This document shows, one piece after another, positions 44,391 through 53,820 of a stretch of 64,000 nucleotides of DNA. Source of the DNA: Gammaproteobacteria bacterium (GTDB lineage: Bacteria; Pseudomonadota; Gammaproteobacteria; GCA-002705445; GCA-002716945); NCBI GenBank assembly GCA_045561295.1, contig JBJKYD010000010.1, positions 1-64,000 on the forward strand. Direction: 5' to 3'. Positions within the stretch are counted from its first letter, which is position 1. The number at the start of each line of letters is the position of its first letter. Under the pieces are notes generated by a model. That model saw nothing but the letters and a program-made list of their open reading frames with translations, had not been told where the DNA came from and ran no database searches. The translations under genes and the position numbers were made by a program.

Positions 44391-44436
44391 ATATGTCGTT
44401 TAGCAGGTTCCACTAAAACTAAATGATACGATAAAA

Positions 44437-45267
44437 CTATATGCTATGTCTAATAGATAATACGTTTTTATAGATTTCTTTTTTTGAATCATTCGAGATG
44501 AGGTTGATTATCTCTACTATGTCTTTATTGGTGAATTTCTTCTTAATCAGCTGTTCTACAATTATCAAATAATTTATATCTGGGGTCTTATGTAAGGATT
44601 TTGACGAAATGATGATTACAAACTCTCCTTTTGGGGGATTTTCGCTGTAGTAATTAATCAAATTTGAGACACTATCATGAATAATAGTTTCATAGACCTT
44701 TGTAAGCTCTCTGAATATACCAATTTGAGTCTTCTGCCCGAATATCTCATTTATATCTCTAAGGAGCTTCAATAATCTGTGTTTACTCTCAAATAAACAG
44801 ATAGGATTATTATATAAAACTAATTCAGCTAGCTTCTTTTTTCTGTCGTTATCTTTTTTTGGTAAAAATCCGACGAAAATAAAAGAATTCATTGGTATTT
44901 TTGATACTGATAATGCGCAGCTTAGCGATGATGCTCCTGGTATTGGTATTACATTAATCTCAGGACAAAGTTTTGATAATAAATGATATCCGGGGTCAGA
45001 TATTGATGGTGTCCCAGCATCGGTCACTAAAGCAATATTATTGGATTCTTCAAGGTAAGATATAATTGTACTTGCCTTTCTGACTTCATTGTCTTTGTTA
45101 TATGATATTACTTTCTTTTTAATTCCAAAGTGTGAAAGCAAAGATTTGGTTCTTTCAACACTTTCAGCAAAAATGAAATCTACATCCCTTAATACATTTA
45201 GTGCTCGGATAGTGATATCATCCAAGTTACCTATAGGAGTGGAAACAATATATAACTCGCCATACAT
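44437..45267 (-). CDS. rsmI: 16S rRNA (cytidine1402-2'-O)-methyltransferase
   Basis: LYIVSTPIGNLDDIT, DAGTPSISDPG, RELTKVYE, KGEF. Confidence 0.95.
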   Translation of the reverse strand: MYGELYIVSTPIGNLDDITIRALNVLRDVDFIFAESVERTKSLLSHFGIKKKVISYNKDNEVRKASTIISYLEESNNIALVTDAGTPSISDPGYHLLSKLCPEINVIPIPGASSLSCALSVSKIPMNSFIFVGFLPKKDNDRKKKLAELVLYNNPICLFESKHRLLKLLRDINEIFGQKTQIGIFRELTKVYETIIHDSVSNLINYYSENPPKGEFVIIISSKSLHKTPDINYLIIVEQLIKKKFTNKDIVEIINLISNDSKKEIYKNVLSIRHSI

Positions 45268-45340
45268 AAGAATTACTTTATCATATGTTAAATTATATTA
45301 GATGATATAAAACATAAGACCTAATGAATGTTTATGGAAT

Positions 45341-45958
45341 TTAAAAAAGTTCTTTTTCTGTTTCAGTTAAACTTTCTTGAAAAGCTTCTCTATCAAATAT
45401 TCTCTCTGAGTACTCGCAAATTATTTTATTATTTGAAGCTAAATCAAAATCTAATGATTTTAGTCTCCATAATAATGGTGCCAGGCTACAGTCTACGAGA
45501 CCAAAATCATCGCTCATAAAAAAACTATTTTTAATCATAGGAGCGATTTCAAGTAAATAATTTTTAATTTCATCAACAAACTTCATATCCAAAACTTCAC
45601 CTATATATAACTCGTTATATTTAACATACCAATGTTGTTCTATTTCATTTAATGCAAGCCTAAATTTTGCGCGTGATATTGGGTCTACTGGCAATAGTGG
45701 CGGATGAGGAAACCTCTCATCTAAATACTCGATAATTACTCTAGAATTTTGAAGTATCAACTCTCTATCTACTAGAGAAGGATATTGGTCATAGGGGCTG
45801 ATAACTTTAATTTCATCAGGAATTTTATTTGTATCAACCTCATGGACTTCAGCTGATATCTCCTTCTCTTTAATTACGATGCGAGTTCTATGACTATCCA
45901 GACAGTTTGGGAGAGAGAACAATAGTATCGCAGATCTGCGATTAGCTAATAAGGTCAT
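45341..45958 (-). CDS. sspA: Stringent starvation protein A (GST fold)
   Basis: SHRTRIV, LVDREL, EYLDERFPHPPLLP; follows petC. Confidence 0.93.
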   Translation of the reverse strand: MTLLANRRSAILLFSLPNCLDSHRTRIVIKEKEISAEVHEVDTNKIPDEIKVISPYDQYPSLVDRELILQNSRVIIEYLDERFPHPPLLPVDPISRAKFRLALNEIEQHWYVKYNELYIGEVLDMKFVDEIKNYLLEIAPMIKNSFFMSDDFGLVDCSLAPLLWRLKSLDFDLASNNKIICEYSERIFDREAFQESLTETEKELF

Positions 45959-46674
45959 TACTTAATGTCTCTCCAATACTCAATCTTTAGAAGATACGTA
46001 ATAAAGGCAAAAAATACAAGGAATAACATCACCCATAGACCTATTGAGTACCTTTCTAGTTGAGCAGGCTCAGAGACATAAGTTAAAAAATTTACTAAAT
46101 CAGTTATTTCTTGTTCATATTCTTTTTGAGTGAGCTGCCCCTGAACCTTAACAGTGAGAATATTATTTTCATCCATTTCTTTTAAACCTTCCTTGTACCA
46201 GAGTACATGAGGCATATTTACATTCGGATATAGAACATTATTTACACCCATAGGTCTTGTGTTGTCCTCATAAAAGGATGTTAAAAATGTATATATCCAT
46301 TCAGATCCACGTGAGCGCGCCGTCAGTGTTAAGTCTGGCGGAACAACGCCAAATCCCTCTTTAATAGAGTCATGATTTATAGCATTCACGATTGTAGATC
46401 CCAACTTAGTTTTTTCACCTTTGCTGGTAGTAAGAATAAGATTAGATTTAATCATATCTTCGCTAATTCCTAAATCGCCTACAAATTTACTATACCTATG
46501 ATATTGTAATGTATGACAACCAGCGCAATTATTAAAAAAAATTTGCGCACCTCTTTGAAGAGAGGCTTTATTTCCTAAATCAATTTGTACGGGTTTGAGC
46601 TGACCGCCACTTGCAGCATATGTAAGTTGGGTTGAAAAAATTAGGATAAAAAAAAATACATATTTTTTATTCAT
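45958..46674 (-). CDS. petC: Cytochrome c1
   Basis: LQRGAQ, CAGCH haem site, PPDLTL, MPHVL, C-terminal TM anchor. Confidence 0.95.
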   Translation of the reverse strand: MNKKYVFFFILIFSTQLTYAASGGQLKPVQIDLGNKASLQRGAQIFFNNCAGCHTLQYHRYSKFVGDLGISEDMIKSNLILTTSKGEKTKLGSTIVNAINHDSIKEGFGVVPPDLTLTARSRGSEWIYTFLTSFYEDNTRPMGVNNVLYPNVNMPHVLWYKEGLKEMDENNILTVKVQGQLTQKEYEQEITDLVNFLTYVSEPAQLERYSIGLWVMLFLVFFAFITYLLKIEYWRDIK

Positions 46675-47884
46675 ACATAGTTACTCTTTCCGGTACGGGC
46701 TTTGTTTTCTCATTCTTACTCGTGAGATAAAGCAACACAAAGAATCCAAAGTAAACTAATGTGAACAATCTGCCTAATATAGTCAAAATGGGTGTAGGCG
46801 CCTTCATGCCGATATAACCTAAACCGATAAAGCTTATTACAAAAGATACGAGTAAGATTTTATATGTTAATGATCTATATCTTATAGATTTAACTTTACA
46901 TCTATCCAACCAAGGCATTAAAAAGAGAACAAAAATAGCAAGGCCCATTGCTAAAACACCACCAAGCTTATCAGGAATTGCCCTAAGAATTGCATAAAAA
47001 GGAGTAAAGTACCAAACAGGGACGATATGTTCTGGTGTTTTTAATGGATCTGCTGGAACAAAGTTATCTTTCTCAAGAAAAAAACCTCCAAATTCTGGAA
47101 GAAAAAACACTACAAACATAAATATAGTTAAAAATACTGCGAGACCAAAGATGTCTTTAACTGTGTAATAAGGATGAAAAGGGATGCCGTCAACTGGTTT
47201 ACCATCTTTATCTTTATTTTGTTTTATCTCCACTCCATCAGGATTATTTGAGCCTACTGTATGTAAAGCTGCAATATGCAGATAGATTACAGCAAAAAGT
47301 AAAAGCGGAAGAGCTATAACATGGAAGGCAAAGAATCTATTCAATGTAGCATCTGAGATTACATAATCACCGCGTATCCATAAAGCCAAAGACTCACCTA
47401 CAAATGGAATCGCACCAAACAATGATATGATTACTTGGGCTCCCCAGTATGACATTTGACCCCAAGGTAAAAGATATCCCATGAACGCCTCTGCCATTAA
47501 AAGTACAAATATAAACATTCCAAATAGCCACAATAGTTCTCTTGGTTTTTTATATGATCCATACATCAAGGCTCTCAACATGTGTAAATAAATTATAATG
47601 AAGAAAAATGAAGCTCCAGTAGAATGCATATACCTAATTAACCAGCCCCATTCTACATCTCTCATGATGTATTCAACTGAGGCAAATGCTGAGGCAGCAT
47701 CTGGCTTATAGTTGATAGTGAGGAATATACCTGTGATAATTTGCATTATAAATACGAATAATGCCAAGCTCCCAAAAAAGTAAAAAAAGTTGAAGTTTTT
47801 AGGTGCGTAATATTCAGATAAGTGGTTTTTTACAAAGTTCGATACCGGCAATCTTTCATCAATCCATGTTATAAATTTACTCAT
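46667..47884 (-). CDS. petB: Cytochrome b
   Basis: GWLIRYMH, GYLLPWGQMSYWGA, TLNRFFAFH, PVWY Qo motif. Confidence 0.98.
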   Translation of the reverse strand: MSKFITWIDERLPVSNFVKNHLSEYYAPKNFNFFYFFGSLALFVFIMQIITGIFLTINYKPDAASAFASVEYIMRDVEWGWLIRYMHSTGASFFFIIIYLHMLRALMYGSYKKPRELLWLFGMFIFVLLMAEAFMGYLLPWGQMSYWGAQVIISLFGAIPFVGESLALWIRGDYVISDATLNRFFAFHVIALPLLLFAVIYLHIAALHTVGSNNPDGVEIKQNKDKDGKPVDGIPFHPYYTVKDIFGLAVFLTIFMFVVFFLPEFGGFFLEKDNFVPADPLKTPEHIVPVWYFTPFYAILRAIPDKLGGVLAMGLAIFVLFLMPWLDRCKVKSIRYRSLTYKILLVSFVISFIGLGYIGMKAPTPILTILGRLFTLVYFGFFVLLYLTSKNEKTKPVPERVTMYE

Positions 47885-48480
47885 TATGTTTTATCCTCTC
47901 CAACGACTAACTTAGTCTCACTTGCAAAATAATGTGGTGGTACTTCAAGATTATAAGGCGCTGGCATTGCCTTATATACTCTTCCAGATAAATCAAACTT
48001 TGATCCGTGACAGGGACAGAAGAATCCTCCTTTCCACTCGAGGCCTAAGTCCTTATTCTCTCCTGGTTTATACAATGGTGAACAACCTAAGTGGGTACAT
48101 ACTCCGACTAGAACCAAATATTCAGGCTTTACCGATCTAAATTTATTCTGAGCATATTGCGGTTGATATTCCTCATCCGATTTAGGATCAGCTAGATGCT
48201 CGGCATCATTTTTAATCTTTTCAAGCATCTCTGTTGTTCTATGAACTATCCAAACAGGCTTTCCTCTCCATTCAACAATTTTAAATGCACCAGGTTGGAT
48301 TGCAGATATATCTATTTCTATAGGCGCACCTGCCATTTTCGTTTTTTCACTTGGGGACATTGAAGATAAAAATGGGATTGCAGCAAAAATTGCTCCGACA
48401 CCGCCCACTACTTTTGTTACATTCGTAAGAAAATTTCTTCTATTTGATGAATTATTATTATCGCTCATGTCCCTGTTCAC
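47884..48480 (-). CDS. petA: Rieske Fe-S subunit of the bc1 complex (start 48480 or 48468)
   Basis: Tat motif NRRNFL, CTHLGC and CPCHGS boxes. Confidence 0.97.
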   Translation of the reverse strand: MNRDMSDNNNSSNRRNFLTNVTKVVGGVGAIFAAIPFLSSMSPSEKTKMAGAPIEIDISAIQPGAFKIVEWRGKPVWIVHRTTEMLEKIKNDAEHLADPKSDEEYQPQYAQNKFRSVKPEYLVLVGVCTHLGCSPLYKPGENKDLGLEWKGGFFCPCHGSKFDLSGRVYKAMPAPYNLEVPPHYFASETKLVVGEDKT

Positions 48481-48553
48481 TTTTTTAATTCTGTCGATAA
48501 TATATCATATAATGATTCTCTAATATATACTTTTAGACATAGAAATTAATATT

Positions 48554-49549
48554 ATGTTTAAAGAACTTTTAAAATATATGGTAATTGGTGTTGTTGCAGG
48601 TATCGCATCGTATTTAGTTATTTTAGATACACCGGTCTCTATAAAAGTAAATCAGACTTCAAATGAAAATATTATATCGGGGAAAAATTCTTATAACTAT
48701 ATATATGAAGCTGTAAAAGATTCTGTTGTTACAATACAAACAGACAAAGGAAGAGGTTCAGGTGTTATCGTAACTTCTGATGGGCATATTGTTACAAATG
48801 AACATGTAATTAGACAAGCTCAAATAGTTAACATTATAACTACTGATAATAAAATCTATCCGGCGAAAATTATTGGGGTAGATTCTATAACTGATATAGC
48901 GTTATTGCATAGTAATTATGAGGGTAAATCAATTACTTTTTCCGATTCCACATTGGTAAAAATAGGAGATATAGTTCTAGCTATAGGCAATCCATTTGGA
49001 GTTGGACAGACATTGACCCAGGGAATAATTTCAAGAACAAATAGTGGACATATAACCGAAAACCCGCTTGATGAATTCCTCCAATCTGATGCTGCTATCA
49101 ATCCAGGAAATTCAGGTGGGGCAATGGTTAATACAGATGGAAATTTAGTTGGCATTAACACCATGAACTTATCTCTTGGCGGCGGCAGTGATGGAATTGG
49201 GTTAGCAGTGCCCTCTAACCTTGTGAGAAACATCACTGAACAGATAATCAAGTATGGAAGGGTAGTCAGAGGCTATGTCGGTATGTCTGCATATAACACT
49301 CCAAGCGGAGTAGTCATAACAAATGTACTAAAAAATGGTCCAGCAGACGAATCTGGATTAACCCCTGGGGATATCATTGTGAGTATTGATGGTATAATAA
49401 TAGAGAATATCAAACAGGTAGTAAAAATTGTAGCCTCTTTTGAGGTAGATCAAAAAGTAACTCTCAAATATCGAAGAGGTGAAGAATTGGTTGAGTCTTC
49501 TATTAAGGTAACCGCGATGCCAGCAACTCATAAAACCATAAATAGATAG
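48554..49549 (+). CDS. degS: HtrA-family serine protease with a single PDZ domain (DegS-like)
   Basis: N-terminal TM, GSGVI, TNEHV, DIAL, NPGNSGG, one PDZ domain. Confidence 0.82.
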   Translation: MFKELLKYMVIGVVAGIASYLVILDTPVSIKVNQTSNENIISGKNSYNYIYEAVKDSVVTIQTDKGRGSGVIVTSDGHIVTNEHVIRQAQIVNIITTDNKIYPAKIIGVDSITDIALLHSNYEGKSITFSDSTLVKIGDIVLAIGNPFGVGQTLTQGIISRTNSGHITENPLDEFLQSDAAINPGNSGGAMVNTDGNLVGINTMNLSLGGGSDGIGLAVPSNLVRNITEQIIKYGRVVRGYVGMSAYNTPSGVVITNVLKNGPADESGLTPGDIIVSIDGIIIENIKQVVKIVASFEVDQKVTLKYRRGEELVESSIKVTAMPATHKTINR

Positions 49550-50839
49550 TTACTTTCTATACTTAGCTGATTCTGAATGTGAATATAACCCTTCGCTGTC
49601 TGCAATAGAAATAGCTATTTTTGAAAGCTCTTTTGCATGAGTCTTTGATATTTGCATAATGCTAGACCGTTTTAAAAAGTCATAAACTCCTAAAGGTGAA
49701 GCGTATTTAGCCGTACCGTTTGTTGGAAGCACATGGTTGGGTCCAGCACAATAATCTCCGAAAACCTCAGGGCTAGACTCGCCTATAAAAATTGCACCAG
49801 CATTATTAATTTTTTTTGGTAAGTTTAATTTTTTATAGCCAAGAATCTCTAAATGTTCAGGAGCTATGGAATTTGCTATATTTACAATGTCAGACTGTGT
49901 TTTTACTTTGATAAACAACCCTCTCGAAGTAAGTGATTTTTTTATAATATCTTTTCTTTTTTGATTTTTAATCATTATGTTAATTTTTTTACTCACGTCT
50001 AAAATTAACTTATCACTTGTTGTCAGTAAAATTGATTGTGCCATTTCATCATGTTCAGCCTGAGCAAACATATCAATAGCTATACATTCTGGATTCACAT
50101 CTTTATCAGCAATAATTAATATTTCTGATGGTCCTGCAAAACTGTCAATACCAACTGTACCAAATACTTTTCTTTTAGCAGTAGCTACATAGATATTCCC
50201 TGGGCCTACAATTTTATGAACTTGTTTAATAGTTTCTGTGCCATAAGCAAGAGCCCCAATCGCATGAGCTCCACCAATTTTATAGATTTCATCGACTTCA
50301 CATAAATCTGCAGCAACTAAAACAAGTGGGTCAAGTTTCCCATTAATTGGAGGACAAACCATAGTTATATTTTTTACACCCGCTGTTCTTGCAGGAATTG
50401 CATTCATCAATACAGTAGACGGATAGGATGCTTTGCCACCTGGAACGTATATACCGACCCTTTCAATAGCTGTCACTTTCTCTCCAAGTGTTGATCCATT
50501 GATTTTCATTGACCAACTTTTCAGCATTTGTTTTCTTGAAAATTTTTTTATATTTATTATTGCTTTTTTTAGACTTGTTAATGTTTGTTTAGATATATGT
50601 GAATAAGCTTTGACTATTTCAGCTTTTGATACATCAGATTCAGATGTACTTTTATAGGCAGTCTTGTCAAATCTTTTAGATAATTTTATTAAAGCTTTGT
50701 CTTTATTTTTTTTAATATCCTCTAATATTAGAGAAACAGAAGTTTCGATAGCTTTCGAGTTTTCGACCTTCAATTTAAGATATTCATTTAAGTCTTTATT
50801 AAAGTTCGTTTTACTAATATCTAAAGTTTTAATTTTCAT
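49550..50839 (-). CDS. hisD: Histidinol dehydrogenase
   Basis: YVPGG, GPGNIYV, AGPSE, QAEHD, PEHL, GPNHVLPT. Confidence 0.97.
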   Translation of the reverse strand: MKIKTLDISKTNFNKDLNEYLKLKVENSKAIETSVSLILEDIKKNKDKALIKLSKRFDKTAYKSTSESDVSKAEIVKAYSHISKQTLTSLKKAIINIKKFSRKQMLKSWSMKINGSTLGEKVTAIERVGIYVPGGKASYPSTVLMNAIPARTAGVKNITMVCPPINGKLDPLVLVAADLCEVDEIYKIGGAHAIGALAYGTETIKQVHKIVGPGNIYVATAKRKVFGTVGIDSFAGPSEILIIADKDVNPECIAIDMFAQAEHDEMAQSILLTTSDKLILDVSKKINIMIKNQKRKDIIKKSLTSRGLFIKVKTQSDIVNIANSIAPEHLEILGYKKLNLPKKINNAGAIFIGESSPEVFGDYCAGPNHVLPTNGTAKYASPLGVYDFLKRSSIMQISKTHAKELSKIAISIADSEGLYSHSESAKYRK

Positions 50840-51888
50840 AAATTATTTTTTAATGCTTCATCGAGTGATAAAATTATTTCTTCAGTTTCATTCCATCCTA
50901 TGCATGAATCTGTAATGCTTTGACCGTATTTTAGTTTTTCTCTGCTATTAATTTTTTGATTGCCTTCTACAAGGTTACTTTCTAGCATAATTCCGATGAT
51001 ATTTTTTTCACCATTACATATCTGTTGTTTGACATCTTCGACAACAGTGGACTGTTTTTTATAATCCTTTTTACTGTTGGCGTGGCTTGCGTCAATCATA
51101 ATATTAGGTTTCAAATTATTATTCTCTAATGTGATAGTAGATTCCTTCACATCCTTAGAAGAGAAATTTGTTTTTTTATTACCTCCGCGGAGAATTATGT
51201 GGCAGTCATTGTTGCCTGCTGTGTTGAATATTGCGGACTTTCCTTCTTTTGTTACAGATAAAAAACTATGAGAGTGTCTTGCAGCATTCATTGCATCAAT
51301 TGCAATTTGAATACTACCATCTGTTCCATTTTTAAATCCAACTGGGCAAGATAATCCTGAAGCAAGCTCTCTATGACTCTGACTTTCTGTAGTTCTAGCG
51401 CCAATTGCACCCCAACTTATCAAGTCAGATAAATATTGTGGGCTTACTAAATCAAGAAACTCATGACCACATGGTATGTTCATCTCGGATAGGTCTATTA
51501 ATAACTGTCTTGCTATTTTTATACCATTGTTGATTTTAAAAGATCCATCTAAATCTGGGTCATTAATTAAACCCTTCCATCCAATGACTGTTCTTGGTTT
51601 TTCAAAATATACCCTCATGACCAATAAGCTATTATCAGATAATGAGTTTTTTAAAGTTTTTAATTTGATAGCGTATTCTTTTGCTGCATCAATATCATGT
51701 ATTGAGCAAGGGCCAACAACAATTACAAATTTCTTTGATGTTTTGTCAAGGATATTTTTGATTTCAGATCTTGTGTCAATTATGGTTTTTATTCCAGAAT
51801 CTGAAGGCGAAAGCTCACTTATAATATCTTTAGGGCTTATCAGTTCTTGCGTGTTGATTATCCTTACATCATCTGTTTTATTTATCAT
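50836..51888 (-). CDS. aroG: DAHP synthase, class I-alpha (AroG/AroF/AroH type)
   Basis: GPCSIHD, RVYFEKPRT, AIGARTTESQ, GFKNGT, DASHANS, SITDSC; exact paralogue type uncertain. Confidence 0.9.
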   Translation of the reverse strand: MINKTDDVRIINTQELISPKDIISELSPSDSGIKTIIDTRSEIKNILDKTSKKFVIVVGPCSIHDIDAAKEYAIKLKTLKNSLSDNSLLVMRVYFEKPRTVIGWKGLINDPDLDGSFKINNGIKIARQLLIDLSEMNIPCGHEFLDLVSPQYLSDLISWGAIGARTTESQSHRELASGLSCPVGFKNGTDGSIQIAIDAMNAARHSHSFLSVTKEGKSAIFNTAGNNDCHIILRGGNKKTNFSSKDVKESTITLENNNLKPNIMIDASHANSKKDYKKQSTVVEDVKQQICNGEKNIIGIMLESNLVEGNQKINSREKLKYGQSITDSCIGWNETEEIILSLDEALKNNL

Positions 51889-52495
51889 GAGTCTTAACCC
51901 TGTCTATGAGTGAATTTATTTCTTTATTTTTTAATTTATATGAAACTTTATTTGCAATTAATAATGATGATATATCGAAAATTTTATCAAATTCTTTTAA
52001 TCCATTTTCTTTCAGAGTTTTGCCCGACTCGACTATATCAACAATAAAATCAGAAAGCGACAGAACTGGAGCAAGCTCTATAGAGCCATATAGCTTAAGG
52101 ATAGAACACTGTAATCCTATCTCTTCAAAATAGTTTTTTGCTGCATTTGGATATTTTGTTGCAATTTTCATATTATTGAAATAAGCAGTATTTGGCTTTC
52201 CCGCAACTACAAGTTTGCATTTAGCTATTTGGAGATCTAGAAGACGATAATGATTACCGAGACTCTCCTCCAAAAGAGTATCAAATCCTACTATTCCTAT
52301 ATCTACTTTTCCCGAATCAATATAAACGGGAACATCACTTGCCTTAATAACAATAATCTCAAGATTTTTCATATTAGTAGGAATTATCAATTTTCTAGAA
52401 TCTATAGGATTAAATTTACAATTAATATTAATTCTGCGAAGAATTTCAATAGCTTGTTCTAATATTCTTCCCTTGGAGATGGCTAATCTAATCAT
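51878..52495 (-). CDS. hisG: ATP phosphoribosyltransferase, short form (needs HisZ)
   Basis: LAISKGR, IATKY, GSIELAP, DIVESGKTLKENGL; 205 aa with no C-terminal regulatory domain. Confidence 0.95.
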   Translation of the reverse strand: MIRLAISKGRILEQAIEILRRININCKFNPIDSRKLIIPTNMKNLEIIVIKASDVPVYIDSGKVDIGIVGFDTLLEESLGNHYRLLDLQIAKCKLVVAGKPNTAYFNNMKIATKYPNAAKNYFEEIGLQCSILKLYGSIELAPVLSLSDFIVDIVESGKTLKENGLKEFDKIFDISSLLIANKVSYKLKNKEINSLIDRVKTHDK

Positions 52496-52506
52496 TTGGT
52501 AGCATT

Positions 52507-53766
52507 TTACATGGGTTTTCTTGAAATCCTAGCCCCAATTAACTGTAGTTTTTCCTCTATACAGTCATAACCTCTATCTATGTGATAAACTCTTGCAATT
52601 TCTGTAGTTCCCTCAGCAGCTAGTCCTGCTAATATTAGGCTAGCTGAAGCCCTTAAATCTGTTGCCATTACTGGTGCTGCAAAAAGTTTTTTTGTCCCAG
52701 ATATTGTAGCGGTATTATCGTCTACCTTTATTGATGCACCCATTCTTTCAAGTTCTTGAACATGCATGAACCGATTTTCAAAAATGTTCTCTCTAACGTA
52801 ACTGTCGCCTTTTGCTACAGAATTTAGAGCGGTCATTTGTGCCTGCATATCTGTGGGAAAGTATGGATAAGCATTTGTTTCTATGTCAACCGCCTTTGGT
52901 CGTTGTCTCATCTTTACTCTAATAGAATTATCAGTAGAAGTAATTTCTGCTCCAGCTTCAATAAGCTTTTCAATTACAGCGTGAGAATGTTCAGGAACAA
53001 TATTGTTTATCTCTACATCTCCTCTAGTTATAGCCGCTGCTATCATAAATGTCCCTGCTTCTATTCTATCTGGTAAGGGCTTATGTTTTGTTCCTCTTAG
53101 AGTATCTACTCCGTCAATCTCAATCATGTCAGTACCATATCCACTTATCTTGGCTCCCATTTTATTTAAAAAAAGGCATAAGTCTGAAATTTCTGGCTCG
53201 TTAGCTGCATTGCTAATTTTTGTTTGTCCTTTAGCTAATGATGCAGCCATAATAATATTTTCTGTTCCAGTAACTGTTTTTTTCTCAAAAGTAATATTAG
53301 CCCCTATTAATCTCTTTGATCGTGCAGTGATATAACCTCTTTCAACTTTAATTTCAGCACCCATTTTTTTAAGCGCCTTTAGATGCATGTCCACTGGTCT
53401 TAATCCAATAGCGCAACCACCTGGAAGAGAGACTTTTGCTTCACCAAATCTTGAAAGTAATGGTCCTAATACCAATATGGATGATCTCATTGTCTTCACT
53501 AAATCATACGGAGCATAGAAATTATCAATTGCTGATGGATCAAGACTAATATTCATAAATTCATCCATAGTAACGCTGACACCCATTTGTGTTAGTAATC
53601 TTGTAGTAGTTGTAACGTCTTGTAAATGAGGTACATTTTCTAATTGTACAACTCCTGTTGTAGGCATTACAGATGCGCAAAGCATTGGCAGAACAGAGTT
53701 CTTAGCACCTGATATCTTTACGGAGCCAGACAAAGATTGACCGCCTTGAATTAATAATTTATCCAT
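52507..53766 (-). CDS. murA: UDP-GlcNAc 1-carboxyvinyltransferase
   Basis: [28 protein letters not shown]. Confidence 0.98.
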   Translation of the reverse strand: MDKLLIQGGQSLSGSVKISGAKNSVLPMLCASVMPTTGVVQLENVPHLQDVTTTTRLLTQMGVSVTMDEFMNISLDPSAIDNFYAPYDLVKTMRSSILVLGPLLSRFGEAKVSLPGGCAIGLRPVDMHLKALKKMGAEIKVERGYITARSKRLIGANITFEKKTVTGTENIIMAASLAKGQTKISNAANEPEISDLCLFLNKMGAKISGYGTDMIEIDGVDTLRGTKHKPLPDRIEAGTFMIAAAITRGDVEINNIVPEHSHAVIEKLIEAGAEITSTDNSIRVKMRQRPKAVDIETNAYPYFPTDMQAQMTALNSVAKGDSYVRENIFENRFMHVQELERMGASIKVDDNTATISGTKKLFAAPVMATDLRASASLILAGLAAEGTTEIARVYHIDRGYDCIEEKLQLIGARISRKPM

Positions 53767-53820
53767 AGTTATTTTTTTAAGTTTGTTTCGGTATTCTAAG
53801 AGTTTATACTCAATAAAGCT

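Noticed and set aside
47006-47020. Cytochrome b Qo motif PVWY instead of PEWY
   Set aside because: Known common variant in Gamma- and Betaproteobacteria
48507-48521. Fur-like 7-1-7 sequence (ATATAAT-G-ATTCTCT) between petA and degS
   Set aside because: Weak symmetry, and explained equally well by a TATAAT -10 box in AT-rich DNA
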